The notes beneath the pieces are model-generated. The model was given only the letters and a program-made list of their open reading frames with translations. It did not search any database and was not told the DNA's origin. Of a stretch of DNA of 64,000 bases, positions 62,345 to 64,000 are shown piece after piece (position 1 is the stretch's first letter; each line of letters opens with the position of its first letter). The stretch lies in the NCBI GenBank assembly GCA_035221665.1, contig CM069140.1:68882001-68946000 (forward strand), written 5' to 3'. A program made the translations under genes and the position numbers. This stretch comes from Okamejei kenojei (taxonomy: Eukaryota).

Positions 62345-62918
62345 GAGGTGTTCCAAACCAGGGCATCGGAGATGTCCTCTTTCTTTAGGGATTGGGGGGG
62401 GGGGGGGGGGGTTCCCCTCTTCGGCTATAGATGTGGCTCTAACCAGTCTCCTCTATATCCCGTAGCTCCACTCTCACTCCCCACCCCCCCACTCGTAACA
62501 AGGACAGTCCCCCTTGTCCTCACCTTCTACCCCACCAGCCGTCACATACAACAGATAATCCTCCGACGTTTTCGCCACCTCCAACGGGATCCCACCACTG
62601 GCGACATCTTCTCCCCTTTCGACTTTCCGCAGAGACCACTCCCTCCGAAACTCCCTGGTCAATTTTTCCTTTTCCACCGAAACCACCCCCTGCCCTGGTA
62701 CGTTCCCTTGCAACCGCAGGAAATGCTACACTTGTCACTTTACCTCCCCCCTTGACTCCATCCAAGAACCCAAGCAGTCTTTCCAGGTGAGGCAGAGGTT
62801 CACCTGCACCTTCTCCAACCGCATCTATTGCATCCGCTGCTCTAGATGTCAATTGCTCTACATCAGTGAGAACAAGCGTCGGGTTGGCGATCGCTTCGCC
62901 CAACACCTCCGCTCAGTT

Positions 62919-63336
62919 AGAAACATAGAAACCAGGAGTAGGCCATTCAGCCAGCCTGCACATTCAATATGATCATGGCTGATCATCCAACTCAGTATCC
63001 CGTACCTGCCTTCTCTCCATACCCTCTGATCCCCTTAGCCACAAGGGCCACATCCAACTCACTCTTAAATATAGCCAATCAACCCCTCCTCCCACTTCCC
63101 CAAATCCGGGACAATCTTCCTCATGCCTGTCCAACCCCTTAAGAATTTTGTAAGTTTCTATAAGATCCCCTCCTCCTATTCCAGAGAGTATAAACCGAGT
63201 CTATCCACCTTCATAAGACAGTCCTGACATCCCAGGAATGTCTGGTGAACCTTCTCTGCACTCCCTCTATGGCAATAATTCAGATTTGCACCTCAGGTGT
63301 GGTCATTACAACTCCTCCCTGCTCCTGGCTATGAAA
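62919..63336 (-). mobile_element. Deletion-riddled CR1 3' fragment inserted in the host Penelope
   Basis: TSD GCTCAGTT (62911-62918, 63337-63344); CR1 tail. Confidence 0.75.
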
Positions 63337-64000
63337 GCTCAGTTCGCGCCAACCAACCTGAAAGACCTTTCTGGGGCCTCATGAGACCCACCGCAAATTG
63401 AGGTGCTTCTTGGGCCAATGAACATTGACTTCTCCAATTTCAGGTAGCCCTTGCTTTCTCCCTCCTTACCCGCCCCGGCTCTCCCACAGCCTACTGTGTC
63501 CGCCTCTTCCTTTCTTCTTCCCGCCCACCCCCCACTTCCACATCAGTCTGAAGAAGGGTCTCGACCCGAAACGTCACCTATTCCTTCGCTCCATAGATGT
63601 TGCCTAACCCGCTGAGTTTCTCCAGCATTTTTGCGCACCTTCCACACAGAAGATATTTTCTTTGGTGGAAATCATCCTTTCCATCAGTAGATTTTCTCAT
63701 GAAAGACTATGGAATTAAGGTATATTAAAATAATGATTATTTTCATTTTTATACTGAAGAAGCCATGTTAAAACTGATATCCTTTAATTTAGGCCATAGC
63801 ATCTGATAAAATGGTAATCAATTCTGAAAATATCCTATGCATTCAAAGAAATTTAAAAAATCACCATGTAATGCTGAAGCTACTATCTGCTGGCGTAAAA
63901 GCATCTCATTCCTCAATCTTTTTCATCTTTCAGAGAGACTCTGGTCGCTGTATAATATTGTATCTGATGCAGATTTTGCAATTAAGGTTAAGAATGTGTC

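Larger units (their letters stand above)
54835..63640 (+). mobile_element. 5'-truncated Penelope element hosting Gypsy and CR1 insertions
   Basis: 14-bp TSD TCCACACAGAAGAT (54821-54834, 63641-63654); RT YIDD at ~55290; GIY-YIG at ~62800-62910; hammerhead-like core at 63548-63575. Confidence 0.9.

Noticed and set aside
63934-63986. Possible + strand exon (tttcag|AGAGAC...AAG|gttaag)
   Set aside because: No recognisable protein and at the window edge; cannot be supported.

Overview
Vertebrate genomic DNA, AT-rich with spliceosomal introns and one 140-N gap. The repeat landscape (CR1/HER1-type LINEs, V-SINEs, abundant Neptune-type Penelope elements) suggests a cartilaginous fish, probably a skate or ray; this is inference. 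Two convergent genes were reconstructed by hand with GT-AG junctions and continuous reading phase. Glomulin (GLMN, + strand) has 17 coding exons at 2012-34048, and its short first coding exon was not found in the window. The meiotic gene C1orf146/SPO16 (- strand) has 5 coding exons at 53719-35599. This tail-to-tail pair matches the mammalian arrangement. Most of the rest is transposon-derived and deeply nested: a full-length decayed L1, a nearly intact ~4.4 kb Penelope-like element (PLE) with hammerhead-ribozyme-like cores, Rex1/Babar LINEs, a Mag-type Gypsy LTR element, CR1 fragments, SINEs and hAT/Tc1 remnants. The most notable observations are an exact inverted copy of the SPO16 exon-2 acceptor region that lacks the splice site itself, a possibly still intact Neptune PLE with tandem hammerhead cores, two GC-rich non-coding retroposons with Rex1-like tails, a GC-box minisatellite at the SPO16 promoter, and two multi-layer TE nests defined by target-site duplications (TSDs). 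Protein comparisons are from recalled human sequences, not database searches.
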